The notes under the pieces: model-generated
Seen by the model: the letters and a program-made list of their open reading frames with translations, nothing else
What the model was told of the DNA's origin: nothing
Database searches by the model: none
Made by a program: the position numbers and the translations under genes
Assembly (NCBI GenBank): GCA_000002435.2
Contig: CM018793.1
Length of the DNA: 64,000 nucleotides
Source of the DNA: Giardia intestinalis
Lineage: Eukaryota
Strand: one strand, 5' to 3'
Shown: positions 29,548 to 39,000 of the stretch, piece by piece
Position numbering within the stretch: the stretch's first letter is position 1
How the letters are laid out: each line of letters begins with the position of its first letter

Positions 29548-29887
29548 TCTTGTTGCTTTCGTAAGTATCTGTTGCAAACTTGAGAGCTTCCTTGGCCGCT
29601 TCTAGCTCTTTTTCAGGAGGAGTCGGAAGGGCTTCTGCCTCTTTAAGCACGGCCTCCATGGCCTTTATCTGTTTCTGCAGGCGTGCAAGATTGGCAGGAA
29701 TGGACTCCTCCACATCCTTTATGACATTTGTTTGAATATTAAGGCGACCTTCTTCTGCGCCTTCTGACTTCATTTTCTCGAGGCGGGCGCGCTCACACTG
29801 CAGCTCCTTTGCGTCAGCTAGCACGTCTTTCGCCAGCCTCTTTGTAATGCTGGCCTCTTTTGTCAATTTCTTGGCAATCTCAGTCAT
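29543..29887 (-). CDS. TBCA: Tubulin-specific chaperone (cofactor) A-like, 114 aa coiled-coil
   Basis: ITKRLAKDVLADAKELQCERARLEKMKSEGAEEGRLNIQTNVIKDVEESIPANLARLQKQIKAMEAVLKEAE is collinear with TBCA (VKRLVKEKVMYEKEAKQQEEKIEKMRAEDGENYDIKKQAEILQESRMMIPDCQRRLEAAYLDLQRIL). The size matches TBCA. Confidence 0.6.
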   Translation of the reverse strand: MTEIAKKLTKEASITKRLAKDVLADAKELQCERARLEKMKSEGAEEGRLNIQTNVIKDVEESIPANLARLQKQIKAMEAVLKEAEALPTPPEKELEAAKEALKFATDTYESNKK

Positions 29888-29998
29888 TAGAATTTATTTT
29901 TACCGAGTAAAAGGTGCGATATGTATTAAGAGCTTTACTAGAGAGGTGCATTCACTGAGAAGATCGCTTACAAGGCCCTAGCTCTTTTTCAGGAGGAG

Positions 29999-30406
29999 TC
30001 AGAAGCAACCCCGCTTTTTGCCACTCTGTAGCTTTTGCTTCAAGAGCTCAATCTGATGGTCCCTTTCGGCTAATTGCTTGGTCATATTGCCCAGATTCTC
30101 GCGCAATACACCGACGTCCTCTGCATTAGCCAGGGTTTGTTGCCGTCTTCTGAGAGATCCCACCTCTTGCTGAAGGTTAGTGATGTACTGTCTAATGGGC
30201 TGGTTAAGGCCTTCGAGAGACGGAGGCGACAGACTGTTGCTTATGGTTCGCATGGCCTCGTTCAAACAGGCAACTAGGATTGTCGTCTCTTCAGCCGTAC
30301 TTCCAGATTCTGCACGGAGCTGTTCTATAATCTTCCGATTCTCAAGAACCTCTTGCCTGAGTGCCTCTTCGGTCATCGTGGTCAACTCGGTGCTTTCCCT
30401 GAACAT
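29999..30406 (-). CDS. Small coiled-coil hypothetical protein (~135 aa; track start 30430 is GTG, first ATG 30406)
   Basis: Heptad-rich sequence LRQEVLENRKIIEQLRAESG...LQQEVGSLRRRQQTLANAEDVGVLRENLGNMTKQLAERDHQIELLKQKLQ. Minus-strand context is ctcaaaaaaacatATG. Confidence 0.45.
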   Translation of the reverse strand: MFRESTELTTMTEEALRQEVLENRKIIEQLRAESGSTAEETTILVACLNEAMRTISNSLSPPSLEGLNQPIRQYITNLQQEVGSLRRRQQTLANAEDVGVLRENLGNMTKQLAERDHQIELLKQKLQSGKKRGCF

Positions 30407-30510
30407 ATGTTTTTTTGAGATTTTAAGCACTGTGCAGGGAATTAAGCCTCCAAAAATAAAGAGGCGGTGACGAAGATTACGATCAATCTTGGATGGATGA
30501 TTCCTTATTA

Positions 30511-31200
30511 CTATATAAAGTCGTCAAAGAGCGCCTGCGGATTGTTTTTAGTCCCAGTTAAACAAACATCTTTGTTCGTGTAATTGGTGCAATCCCATGT
30601 TACAGTGTAATCACGAGCCTGCTTTTCGCGTCGCTTATCCGCCTCAATTTCCCTGTTTTCCTTTTCAATCAACTTCTCGACCGCCCTCATTTGCTTTCGC
30701 AGCCATCGCTCGTGCATATCTCGCTCATTCATGAGGTTGGTCTCTTTGTCTGCAACTTTGGTTTTCTCTAACGCCTTCAACATGTCCTTGTTCTTTTCCT
30801 TGACGTGATATCGCTTTACGAGCTTATCTTTTACGAATCCAACGGTCCCTGTCTCCATGGTTCCGTCCTTTCTCAAGTTTTCTGCAGGAGTATAGATGAT
30901 AGTGAGATTGTCCAACTTACACCCTTCTATGCTATTCTCCTTTGTAAGTTGCGCGACTTCCTCAAGTAGATCCGCCGGGATATCCGGGAATTTCCATTTC
31001 TCGTCACAGTCGTGGTTATGCAGGGCAAGAGGATCAACGACTGGCGGCCTCAGGTATACATGTGCTGACGAATGCTTATCAACATGGAACCAGATGTCGC
31101 CATTCCAAGCGTATTTGATAAGGTCCTCGTTCTCATACTTATCAAAGCCAATATAGATGGACACGTCTGGATGGCTCAGTGATTTGAAGCGGAAGGGCAT
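30511..31200 (-). CDS. CCDC25: CCDC25 homolog (NFACT-R/DUF814 fold), 229 aa from first ATG (track start 31338 is TTG)
   Basis: [51 protein letters not shown]...[31 protein letters not shown] is closely collinear with human CCDC25 ([48 protein letters not shown]...[28 protein letters not shown]). Confidence 0.75.
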   Translation of the reverse strand: [229 protein letters not shown]

Positions 31201-31350
31201 TGTAGACTTTTTTTGAATTTTCTCAATGCCGTAAAGGACACGATGCACGGTCAGTTCTTTGCGAAAGATACAACTTATCAAAGGCTGTGGGAAATTGGAA
31301 GTAATACTTTTCACATACCTAATTATAGGGACAATCAAGTTAGAAAAAAA
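31201..31350. promoter_or_regulatory. 150-bp divergent intergenic region between the CCDC25-like and Vps4-like genes
   Basis: Flanked by aaaaaaagtctacaATG on the minus strand and gttagaaaaaaaATGgct on the plus strand. Confidence 0.45.
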
Positions 31351-32802
31351 ATGGCTAATATAGTTCAGTTAGCCAAGCAACACCGAGCTATGGCCATTGA
31401 ATACGAAGAGAGGGGAGTATTTGTTGGAGCCATCCGCTCATATAAGCTCGCTGCGGAGGGCTTTCTGAAAGCCGCGATGTTCTACGAGGACAAAGTCTGG
31501 AGCGATATGTACAAGAAGCAGGCCATGGATATCATAACTCGTTTAGATCAGATACACGATGCTCAGGCCAAGGGTTTGCTACGACCCCCAAAGTCACCAA
31601 TTAGCGCCAATAAGAACGATGTGAGACAAGGTGCCCCTAGCAAGGAAAGTAAGGCGAGCGACCCTCTCAGTGCTGCTATTTCTAATGCAATCGTTCGTAT
31701 GAAGCCTGACGTCAAGTGGGACGATGTTGTGGGCCTGGAAAAAGCGAAGGAAGCTCTCAAAGAGGCCGTTATTCTTCCAATGATGTTTCCCCAGCTCTTC
31801 CAAGGCAAGCGCGAGCCGTGGCGCGGGATCCTCCTGTACGGATGCCCCGGCACCGGCAAGTCGTTCCTCGCGAAGGCGGTCGCTGCAGAGTGTGACGCCA
31901 CCTTCTTCTCTGTCTCGAGCTCGGACCTGGTGTCGAAGTACGTCGGCGAGTCTGCCCGCCTCATCAAGGCCCTCTTCGAGCTGGCCCGCGCAGAGAAGCA
32001 GGCCGTCATCTTCATCGACGAGATTGACGCCCTTGCCTCTGCTAGGGGCGGCGGAGAGGAGAGCGACGCGTCTCGCCAGATCAAGACCGAGTTCCTCGTG
32101 CAGATGCAGGGCGTCGGCAAGACCGGCGGGAACGTCCTGGTTCTGGGCGCGACAAACTACCCGGAGGCGCTCGACAGCGCCATCCGCCGCCGCTTCGAGA
32201 AGCGCATCGAGATCGTCCTCCCAGACGCCGCTGCCAGAAAGAATATCCTACGAAGTGGTATCGGCTCCACGCCTAACGTGTTGACAGATAGTGACTTTGC
32301 TGAGCTAGGAGAAAAGACAGCCAATTACTCTGGCTCCGATCTTAGTGTATTGTGCAGAGAGGCTCTCATGGTTCCGATTCGCGAACTACAGCGCGCTGAA
32401 TACTTCACTAAAAAGGACGGGTTCTACTATCCATGCGAAGCCAACGATCCTGGTGCAGAGAAGCTTTCTCTAACCGATTTCACACTCAATAGTGACGATA
32501 GAAAGCTCGGCGTGCCGCCGGTTACCAGGAGACATATGGACATGGCCCTGAGTACTACAAAATCCTCAGTTTCAAAAGCTGACATAGAAAGAATTAATAT
32601 GTTTTCCAAAGAGTTCGGTGAAAGTGGTGCCTATAATCCAGACGTAGAAGCAGAACCAGAACAGAACCCAAGCCATGATCAACCGAAGGCAGATTCATCC
32701 GCTTCTGCGGGGAATGCTGGTAAGAAGAATACATCTCCTGCAAAGAAGTCGCATTCGAGGGCATCTACGGGTGGATCAAAATCTGGAAAAACTTCCAAGT
32801 AA
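31351..32802 (+). CDS. VPS4: Vps4-type AAA ATPase (N-terminal MIT domain + AAA core); track start 31213 rejected
   Basis: MIT-like helices LAKQHRAMAIEYEERGVFVGAIRSYKLAAEGFLKAAMFYEDK. Walker A ILLYGCPGTGKSFLAKAVA, Walker B VIFIDEIDAL, SRH region LVLGATNYPEALDSAIRRRFEKRIEIVLP. The stop TAA is embedded in aAGTAAATa. Confidence 0.85.
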   Translation: MANIVQLAKQHRAMAIEYEERGVFVGAIRSYKLAAEGFLKAAMFYEDKVWSDMYKKQAMDIITRLDQIHDAQAKGLLRPPKSPISANKNDVRQGAPSKESKASDPLSAAISNAIVRMKPDVKWDDVVGLEKAKEALKEAVILPMMFPQLFQGKREPWRGILLYGCPGTGKSFLAKAVAAECDATFFSVSSSDLVSKYVGESARLIKALFELARAEKQAVIFIDEIDALASARGGGEESDASRQIKTEFLVQMQGVGKTGGNVLVLGATNYPEALDSAIRRRFEKRIEIVLPDAAARKNILRSGIGSTPNVLTDSDFAELGEKTANYSGSDLSVLCREALMVPIRELQRAEYFTKKDGFYYPCEANDPGAEKLSLTDFTLNSDDRKLGVPPVTRRHMDMALSTTKSSVSKADIERINMFSKEFGESGAYNPDVEAEPEQNPSHDQPKADSSASAGNAGKKNTSPAKKSHSRASTGGSKSGKTSK

Positions 32803-32812
32803 ATAAAAATGA

Positions 32813-34441
32813 ATGGATCCTAATGTAGCCATGCGCTTTGTTCAGGATAAGTTGACGCTCTACCGCAAGCGCATGGATGTGAGCGCAATCAAAGATTTGA
32901 TATCCAGAATCAGAGTTTTGAAAACACCGGAGGACGCCGAGGATCTCGTGATGAGGGTCATTCTTTGCTCAACCGGAGCTATGATTACGAGCGATATCTA
33001 TGCGAATATTGTAACCGCACTAGAGTCCCAAGGATCGGACATTTTCAAAGCAAGCGCGATTCTGTCTCTGGGTAATACGACTCCATTTTATTCTGTACAT
33101 GAGGACCACCTAATCCTGACCTCAGGCGTGCAGAAACATACACGCGAGACTATCTCCAATACTATCAAGCTTCGCATAGCCTTTCTGCAGAGACATCTTT
33201 TGCAGTATGTTAATACTACCTTTCCCATTGGCTCTAAGGATGCGCTGTTTGCTTCGTGTTTAAATTCTTGTAAGCACCTCTCATCACTAGCTTTGCTGGA
33301 AGGAAATAACAGCTCTTGTGTCCTGGTTGCGGGAGTGCTCCATGACACTCACGACGCTTTGCAACTAGAAGATGAAACTGCCCTTGTTACTTTGTTATTA
33401 GACAAAATAAAATACAACAATATTCAAAATTTTGACACATTTTTTTTAGAAAATCAGACTCAAGTTTCCTTGCCTCTTCTAAACCAGGCAGTTGTGGCAG
33501 TGGTTGGATCGGTGGAAGGCGGGAAGCTACGGGCTAACGCAATATTTACTCCACTGATCGAAACGCCGGAGAGCTTCAATGCCTTGATGGGCACAGATAA
33601 GACGCCTGCATATAAAAGCATCTTCAGTACAGTTCATACAAACACACCCGAATTCGGTTTAGTATTTTCCCAGGTATTCTTCTCCGACAGTCGATGTGTT
33701 AATGACCTCCTGCTCATGCTAAAAGAATACGACAGGAACACAGAGAGCAAACACATACCTTCGCACATAATTATTTTCGGAGTTTTTTGCGAGGGAAGAC
33801 AATCTTCTCCGTCTAATGCGCTTCTGAACATAAAAAAGTTTCTTGATGCGTTAATTACCGAGCAGCTGACCAAGATGACTGAACATACACTTTTTGTGTT
33901 TGCTCCCCACAAAGCTGACCCGTCATTGACAGGTGATGTATATCCTCGACAACTCTTTTCCAAAAAAACTGTCGATACATTAAGGACAGACTATCAGACA
34001 CTAAAGCTGTCCTTTCCCACAACGCCATTCCACCTCGCGTACGGGCACCAAACATTAGTACTTTCGAGCATGCCCCATGAGGAAGTATTTCTCAATCTCA
34101 CAAAAGATAGTACAGTGATGACGGAGATTGAGGAGTACTATGCGACGCACGAGGAGCTCGCAAACTTCATCGTCGCCCAGAAAAACTTATTTCCATTTCC
34201 CCACAGCACGGCCCCTTGGCTCTGGGGCGCAGACCCTTTGCTAAATCTTCTTCCACTTCCAAATAGCATTATACTAGCTGATGGTGCGTTTGCACGGTGT
34301 TCTGTAGCTTCGGGAGTAACTGTTGCGAGTCCTGGAAGTTTTTATACTGATAGAACGTATGTTGTCTTCCACGCGGCCAAAACCAACTCACCCATTGACA
34401 TTCTTCAATTGAGCAAGCAGATGGACAGCGCAGAGTTGTAA
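32813..34441 (+). CDS. DNA polymerase B-subunit family protein, most similar to the Pol epsilon subunit 2 (Dpb2/POLE2) C-terminal pattern
   Basis: C-terminus LPNSIILADGAFARCSVASGVTVASPGSFYTDRTYVVFHA matches the POLE2 tail (LPDL.V.ADKYDAF.....EC.C.NPGSF.......KVFYP). HTLFVFAPHKADP resembles the FVFVPGPNDP block. Starts 10 bp after the Vps4 stop. Confidence 0.5.
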   Translation: MDPNVAMRFVQDKLTLYRKRMDVSAIKDLISRIRVLKTPEDAEDLVMRVILCSTGAMITSDIYANIVTALESQGSDIFKASAILSLGNTTPFYSVHEDHLILTSGVQKHTRETISNTIKLRIAFLQRHLLQYVNTTFPIGSKDALFASCLNSCKHLSSLALLEGNNSSCVLVAGVLHDTHDALQLEDETALVTLLLDKIKYNNIQNFDTFFLENQTQVSLPLLNQAVVAVVGSVEGGKLRANAIFTPLIETPESFNALMGTDKTPAYKSIFSTVHTNTPEFGLVFSQVFFSDSRCVNDLLLMLKEYDRNTESKHIPSHIIIFGVFCEGRQSSPSNALLNIKKFLDALITEQLTKMTEHTLFVFAPHKADPSLTGDVYPRQLFSKKTVDTLRTDYQTLKLSFPTTPFHLAYGHQTLVLSSMPHEEVFLNLTKDSTVMTEIEEYYATHEELANFIVAQKNLFPFPHSTAPWLWGADPLLNLLPLPNSIILADGAFARCSVASGVTVASPGSFYTDRTYVVFHAAKTNSPIDILQLSKQMDSAEL

Positions 34442-34471
34442 ATAACTAAGTCTACAGGAAAATCACGAGGA

Positions 34472-35257
34472 TCACATGATGAAGCACCCACCCTGCTTAT
34501 CCGCAGAGCTCTTGAAGTTGTCCCACGACGCGCCATCAATGAAATCATAGTCGTCTGCGACACCTCTGGCCAGACAGAGGACAGACCGGACGATCGACTC
34601 GGTATACACGCTCACCTCAGCCCAACGTAGCTCTCTGTCGAGCACAAAGTTGCGCATTTGTGCCTTTAGCTGCTGATCTACCACATTCTCAACATTGCAA
34701 ACAGCCAAGATGTGTGGCACAAAGCGAGGAGCAGTCATGGCACGCTTCAAGGTGTCTAGTGTCAGGCCAGAGGAAGGATCAGACGACGCTGGGAGAAGAG
34801 CCGCATTATAGATGCTCTGGAGTCGGACAGACTCTTTTCTGAGGATGACAGTCACCTCGTCTACGTGTGCCTTCATGAAGGCTACTGATGCGTCTGAGGA
34901 CAGATCGCAAACGAAGACACATGCAGAAGTAAGAGGATAGTCCTTCTGAATTCTTGTTATCCCCTTTTCAGGCACATTAATAATCTTAAGGCACAACTGC
35001 TTGCTGTCGATGAAGCTGGCAACCGTTAGAGAGTTGCTTTTTTCTCCCTTTTCCCCGCACGGAATCTGAAAATACTCTCGCAAAAGCTCAAATAGTTGTG
35101 TCTTACTAGAGTCATCTGTCCCCAGCAACAGTATAGTGAGCGTGTATTCCCGTGATTCCTGGGGCCGTGGGGCTGTCCTCTCTTCTATCAAAGATACTAT
35201 TGATTCAACAACTGCCGGCTTGAGTGGCGCTGTTGTAGAATTAACGATTACTTCCAT
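34472..35257 (-). CDS. Small-GTPase-like protein with degenerate P-loop and C-terminal CaaX box (CFIM)
   Basis: ILLLGTDDSSKTQLF (G1-like but lacking the conserved Gly before K[ST]), ACVFVCDLSSD (G3/switch II-like) and AVCNVENV (NKxD-like). Ends ...KQGGCFIM, a farnesylation-type CaaX. ATG context cacaaaaaagATG. Confidence 0.5.
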   Translation of the reverse strand: MEVIVNSTTAPLKPAVVESIVSLIEERTAPRPQESREYTLTILLLGTDDSSKTQLFELLREYFQIPCGEKGEKSNSLTVASFIDSKQLCLKIINVPEKGITRIQKDYPLTSACVFVCDLSSDASVAFMKAHVDEVTVILRKESVRLQSIYNAALLPASSDPSSGLTLDTLKRAMTAPRFVPHILAVCNVENVVDQQLKAQMRNFVLDRELRWAEVSVYTESIVRSVLCLARGVADDYDFIDGASWDNFKSSADKQGGCFIM

Positions 35258-35350
35258 CTTTTTTGTGATGATGGCAGAATTTAAGTTTTTTGTCCTCTCT
35301 TGATTCTGTTCTGGAGATCTAAAGCCGGGGCCGTTTTTACTGCTTACCCC

Positions 35351-36076
35351 CTACTTCTTGCGTCCACGGCCCTGCACCTGCTCCAGTTGTGTCAATATCT
35401 TCTGTCCCTGGCCTTTGTCTCCACTGTGCTCGTCCATATAGCAGACATAGAACTTCAGCACGGTTTCAAAGAAGGGACAGGGGCCACATAGCGCGAGAAT
35501 AGAGCGCTGGAAGACGTAAAGATCGACAGCCATCGTCTCTGGGGTGATTGGCGACCTAGAGGCTAACCCAAAATCTATGACACTGAGCCTGCGCTCATCT
35601 CTATTATAAAGTAAATTACTTGTAGTCAGGTCGTTATGAACTATGCGAGCCATATGAAGCCTCGCAATGGTAGACCCTACGAGCTTTGCAAACGCCTCAT
35701 CGAATAATAAATCGGTGCTGTCAGCCAGGTGGGTGGAGACGGAGGAATCACGTATCCAGGACATGTATATACACCCGTTGGGCTCATCAACATAAAGCAC
35801 ACTAGGAACAGCTAGGCCAGCTGCGTGTGCCGCTTCCAAGGCTCGTGCTTCAGCTCTAGTTCGCCTCTGTCGAATCTGCCTGTCTAGTGCAGGGTGCCTG
35901 TATTCTTTAGGGAAGCGGTGCTTTGCGATAGCATCCTTCCCTGACGTGGACAGAGTCCCGGAATAGATGCGCGCCTCAGCGCCCTGAAATAGAAGGGAGC
36001 AGTTGTCCAGGGCTACGGTGAAGTTAGATGTGCCTGGAGGTCCCGTTTTCATTGCCGTGGTCCCAGATTCAATCAT
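35351..36076 (-). CDS. BUD32: Bud32/PRPK (TP53RK) atypical kinase of the KEOPS complex; track start 36118 is TTG, first AT-rich-context ATG at 36076
   Basis: LLFQGAEARIYSGT (Gly-rich loop equivalent), KHRFPKEYRHPALDRQIRQRRTRAEARAL, catalytic HNDLTTSNLL and IDFGLA. The size (~241 aa) is typical of Bud32. Confidence 0.8.
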   Translation of the reverse strand: MIESGTTAMKTGPPGTSNFTVALDNCSLLFQGAEARIYSGTLSTSGKDAIAKHRFPKEYRHPALDRQIRQRRTRAEARALEAAHAAGLAVPSVLYVDEPNGCIYMSWIRDSSVSTHLADSTDLLFDEAFAKLVGSTIARLHMARIVHNDLTTSNLLYNRDERRLSVIDFGLASRSPITPETMAVDLYVFQRSILALCGPCPFFETVLKFYVCYMDEHSGDKGQGQKILTQLEQVQGRGRKK

Positions 36077-36093
36077 TAAAACTTTTTGACCAC
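36077..36093. promoter_or_regulatory. 17-bp spacer between divergent ATGs of Bud32-like and the giant downstream ORF
   Basis: aaaactttttgaccac lies between the minus-strand ATG at 36076 and the plus-strand ATG at 36094. Confidence 0.4.
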
Positions 36094-39000
36094 ATGTTCC
36101 CCTCATTGCATTTGTCAATTAGGCCGAACTTTTCGCAGAGGAGTGTCATTGGTGTGGCCATCTACACCTACTCCACTCCCCTCAAGCTTCCCCTTCCCAT
36201 TATACCCATATTCTGCAGGTCTTCTATCATCAAACAAATTCTGCTTAATGGTATTGAATGCCCTTCAGAGGCTTTGTTTCCCATCAACCACAGCTTACTA
36301 TACTCGGCGGAAAGTGCACCGAAACCCTCAAAGTCTTACACCTCTCTTTTAGACCTTCAGGATCTCGTTTACACAGCGCGCACCGTCAGGTACCGTGTCG
36401 GGGACTTCTATTTAGATCTCAGCTCACTTCTTCCTCAGTTTGCTTTAGCGGAACAACTCAAGGCATCAAGCACGGCATTGGGTGGATCCCTGGACCCAGA
36501 CGCTACAGACACCGTCAAGGATCCGCTACACGCATCAGCTGCAGCCCCCCGATTCAACCTCATGACCATCACTATTATTTTCGAGACCTGCAACAGATCT
36601 CTTTTTATTGAGTACCCCAGTACCTCCACTCTCATGTCTGGACGGCTGAGCACAATGTTAGTCGTTGGAAACACTGGCAACTCAGCTGATTGGTTGCCCA
36701 TTCCATTGTTTTCTATGTCGGTTAGCCACAACATTACTCTTCAGTTCGCTTCGTTACCACAGGAGTATAGGCCAATCTGTGGGGGCCGGCTGTGTATCTG
36801 CAGCCGAGCTGGTAGTCAATCTCTTCCCGCTACACAGGTCACATGTGCCTCGACGGGATATCTATTTACGGATCTTTTCGGGAGTTTGCACAAGCTGTGC
36901 TTTATTATTGCACGTGCTAATGGATTTCTTCACATGGAACCCTTCCATACTCCAGATGCTAAGAATGTAAAAGATGGAACATCAGCTAATAGAAAGGAGT
37001 CTCAGCATAGCTTTGACTTCCTCAGAACAGAGTACCATAAGCTTATTGACCAGCACAGAACAATTAGTATTTACGAATTAGTGAGATTGTCACCAATTCT
37101 CCAAAGCATCTTCACGTTTCCTCATAACGCCAAAGATGGAGGGTTCATCGGGTTAAATCTCGTTTGCTATACATTAACAAATATGAGGCAGTACGATCTT
37201 TCTGCACAGGTGTATACTCTTTATAAAGCGTTTAGGCTGGCCATAGACTTCCTGTCACTCACACCGCACAGGGGCCGAAATTTCAATATTGCTATCTTTT
37301 TTGATGGCTGTGGTCGCACGATAATCGGAAATGGCATCATTGTTATCCCACTGATGCCCTGCAACTATATGGCTGCATGCATGAGCTATATGAGGGTTAT
37401 TTCCGAGGTCGTCGCCAAGTACATATTTGGGGTTCACGTTCCCGCTGCAGACTACGCTAGTCAGCCCGTATGCACGGTTCTTCAGCAGGCTCTCATGCTT
37501 CACATACGGCACGCGTTGCTTGGTGCTGTGGATACTCGTCGGTTCTATTACGAAGTGAGCATTCGAGGGGCGTCGGAGGTTTCCGCGTCAAGTCCTGCAC
37601 TTTGGCATCAGTACCTTACGCATGATGTTGAAGAACGGTACAACCCAGGCCAGTTTTACCTCCATCACATCAAGGGAGCTCTCAATTATGGCTTGTATGG
37701 CACACCAATGGATAGGATTGATGGCCTCTTGAAGAATGTTGGCTGTACATCCAAAGGCACACTGAACGCCAGCATAAAAAAGGCATCAATCAAGGCACCT
37801 GCGTGCATAAGTCATCTGGAGGCAGTCTATAACTTCTTAGATACTTCTTTCGGCACATCCTACAGCGTAAAGCCAAGCAATAAAAATGTATGGTTAGCAG
37901 AAAGTGACAAGGATCGCTTGCACTTTCTGAACAGTCAGGGATCATATAAAAGCGCAAATTTGAAGCTGAAGAAAGGGAAAAAGTCCCATGCCTCAAAGTC
38001 CCACGAGTACTATCCGTCCGATTGCCAGATTTATACCACACATTTAAAGGAAACAAATCCTATTGAGGTTGCTGCGCTGACAGCAGACAAGTCTCGATGG
38101 TTTAATCATAATACTCTTTACAATGTTGATTTTCTATTGAATTTGTATCGATCAACAGCCGCAACAGCTTTCACACAGATGGGTGCACTCACTAATAAGC
38201 ATGTAGAAGATCTTGCGCAGACAACTATCCATCATTCCAAACATGCAGTCTCATTGGATCCAGATAACTTCTCGCTCGGCAATTCCTTTTCCTCTCCTAC
38301 TATGCCGCGTAAGATGGGGATGCAGCTCTCAACGGCACTTAAGGTAGACCAGTCTTTTGAGGTTGATGATGTTGTGACAGATTTCGGTGTAGACATTGAT
38401 AGTCAATCGGCAGCATCAAGTTCAGTTTTTGCTGGAGGAAAGCAATCTGGAACGTTCCGTAGCGTCGATACCCAAGCAGCATATACACTGTACGGCACTC
38501 AGAAGTCCGGGATTCTCAAAGGAAGCCAGTACTCGGCCAATATGTCTGACGGAGTAGATGGCGATTCAGCCCTTCTACTGTCGCTTAAGCGACCCATGGA
38601 TGCATGCATTCAATCACTGGCCAACTCTCTTTGCCTGGACATGGAATCGCTGTCTTTGATGTACTTTTATATTAATGAGCCATTCTTCCCCATAGCATAT
38701 GCGGTTCCCGAAGATAAGATCCGCACCCGTGCAGAGATTATTGGGATGACCATCAGGAACAACCTCACTACTCAGGGTTTTCGCAGCTTTCTCCAGAGCT
38801 TTCTTGACATAGGGTATGTGCAAATTAATTTGTTCTTTAAGTTCCTGGACGAGGTTTGCTCAAATAAAAGCTACTTCACCGGGGGAACGTGGCTTAAGAC
38901 AGTAGCAAGCGATGCACCAGACATTTCTCCGGAGAAAGATGCAGGGGTTGACTTTCCGGATCCTAACCTTTCACTTTTGCCCGACACAGGTGAGTATAGT

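Noticed and set aside
31213-31350. Track start of the Vps4 ORF at 31213 (MNFLNAVK...)
   Set aside because: It would overlap the CCDC25-like CDS on the opposite strand by >100 nt. The MIT domain begins at MANIVQLAKQ (ATG 31351), which carries a gttagaaaaaaaATG initiator context.
31563-32284. 185-aa (-) and 130-aa (+) ORFs nested in Vps4
   Set aside because: Generated by the local GC-rich patch. The Vps4 frame carries all AAA motifs.
36028-36093. Track start of the giant ORF at 36028 and of Bud32 at 36118 (TTG)
   Set aside because: 36028 lies inside the Bud32 CDS and 36118 is a non-ATG codon. Downstream ATGs with AT-rich contexts (36094 on +, 36076 on -) give a clean divergent pair.
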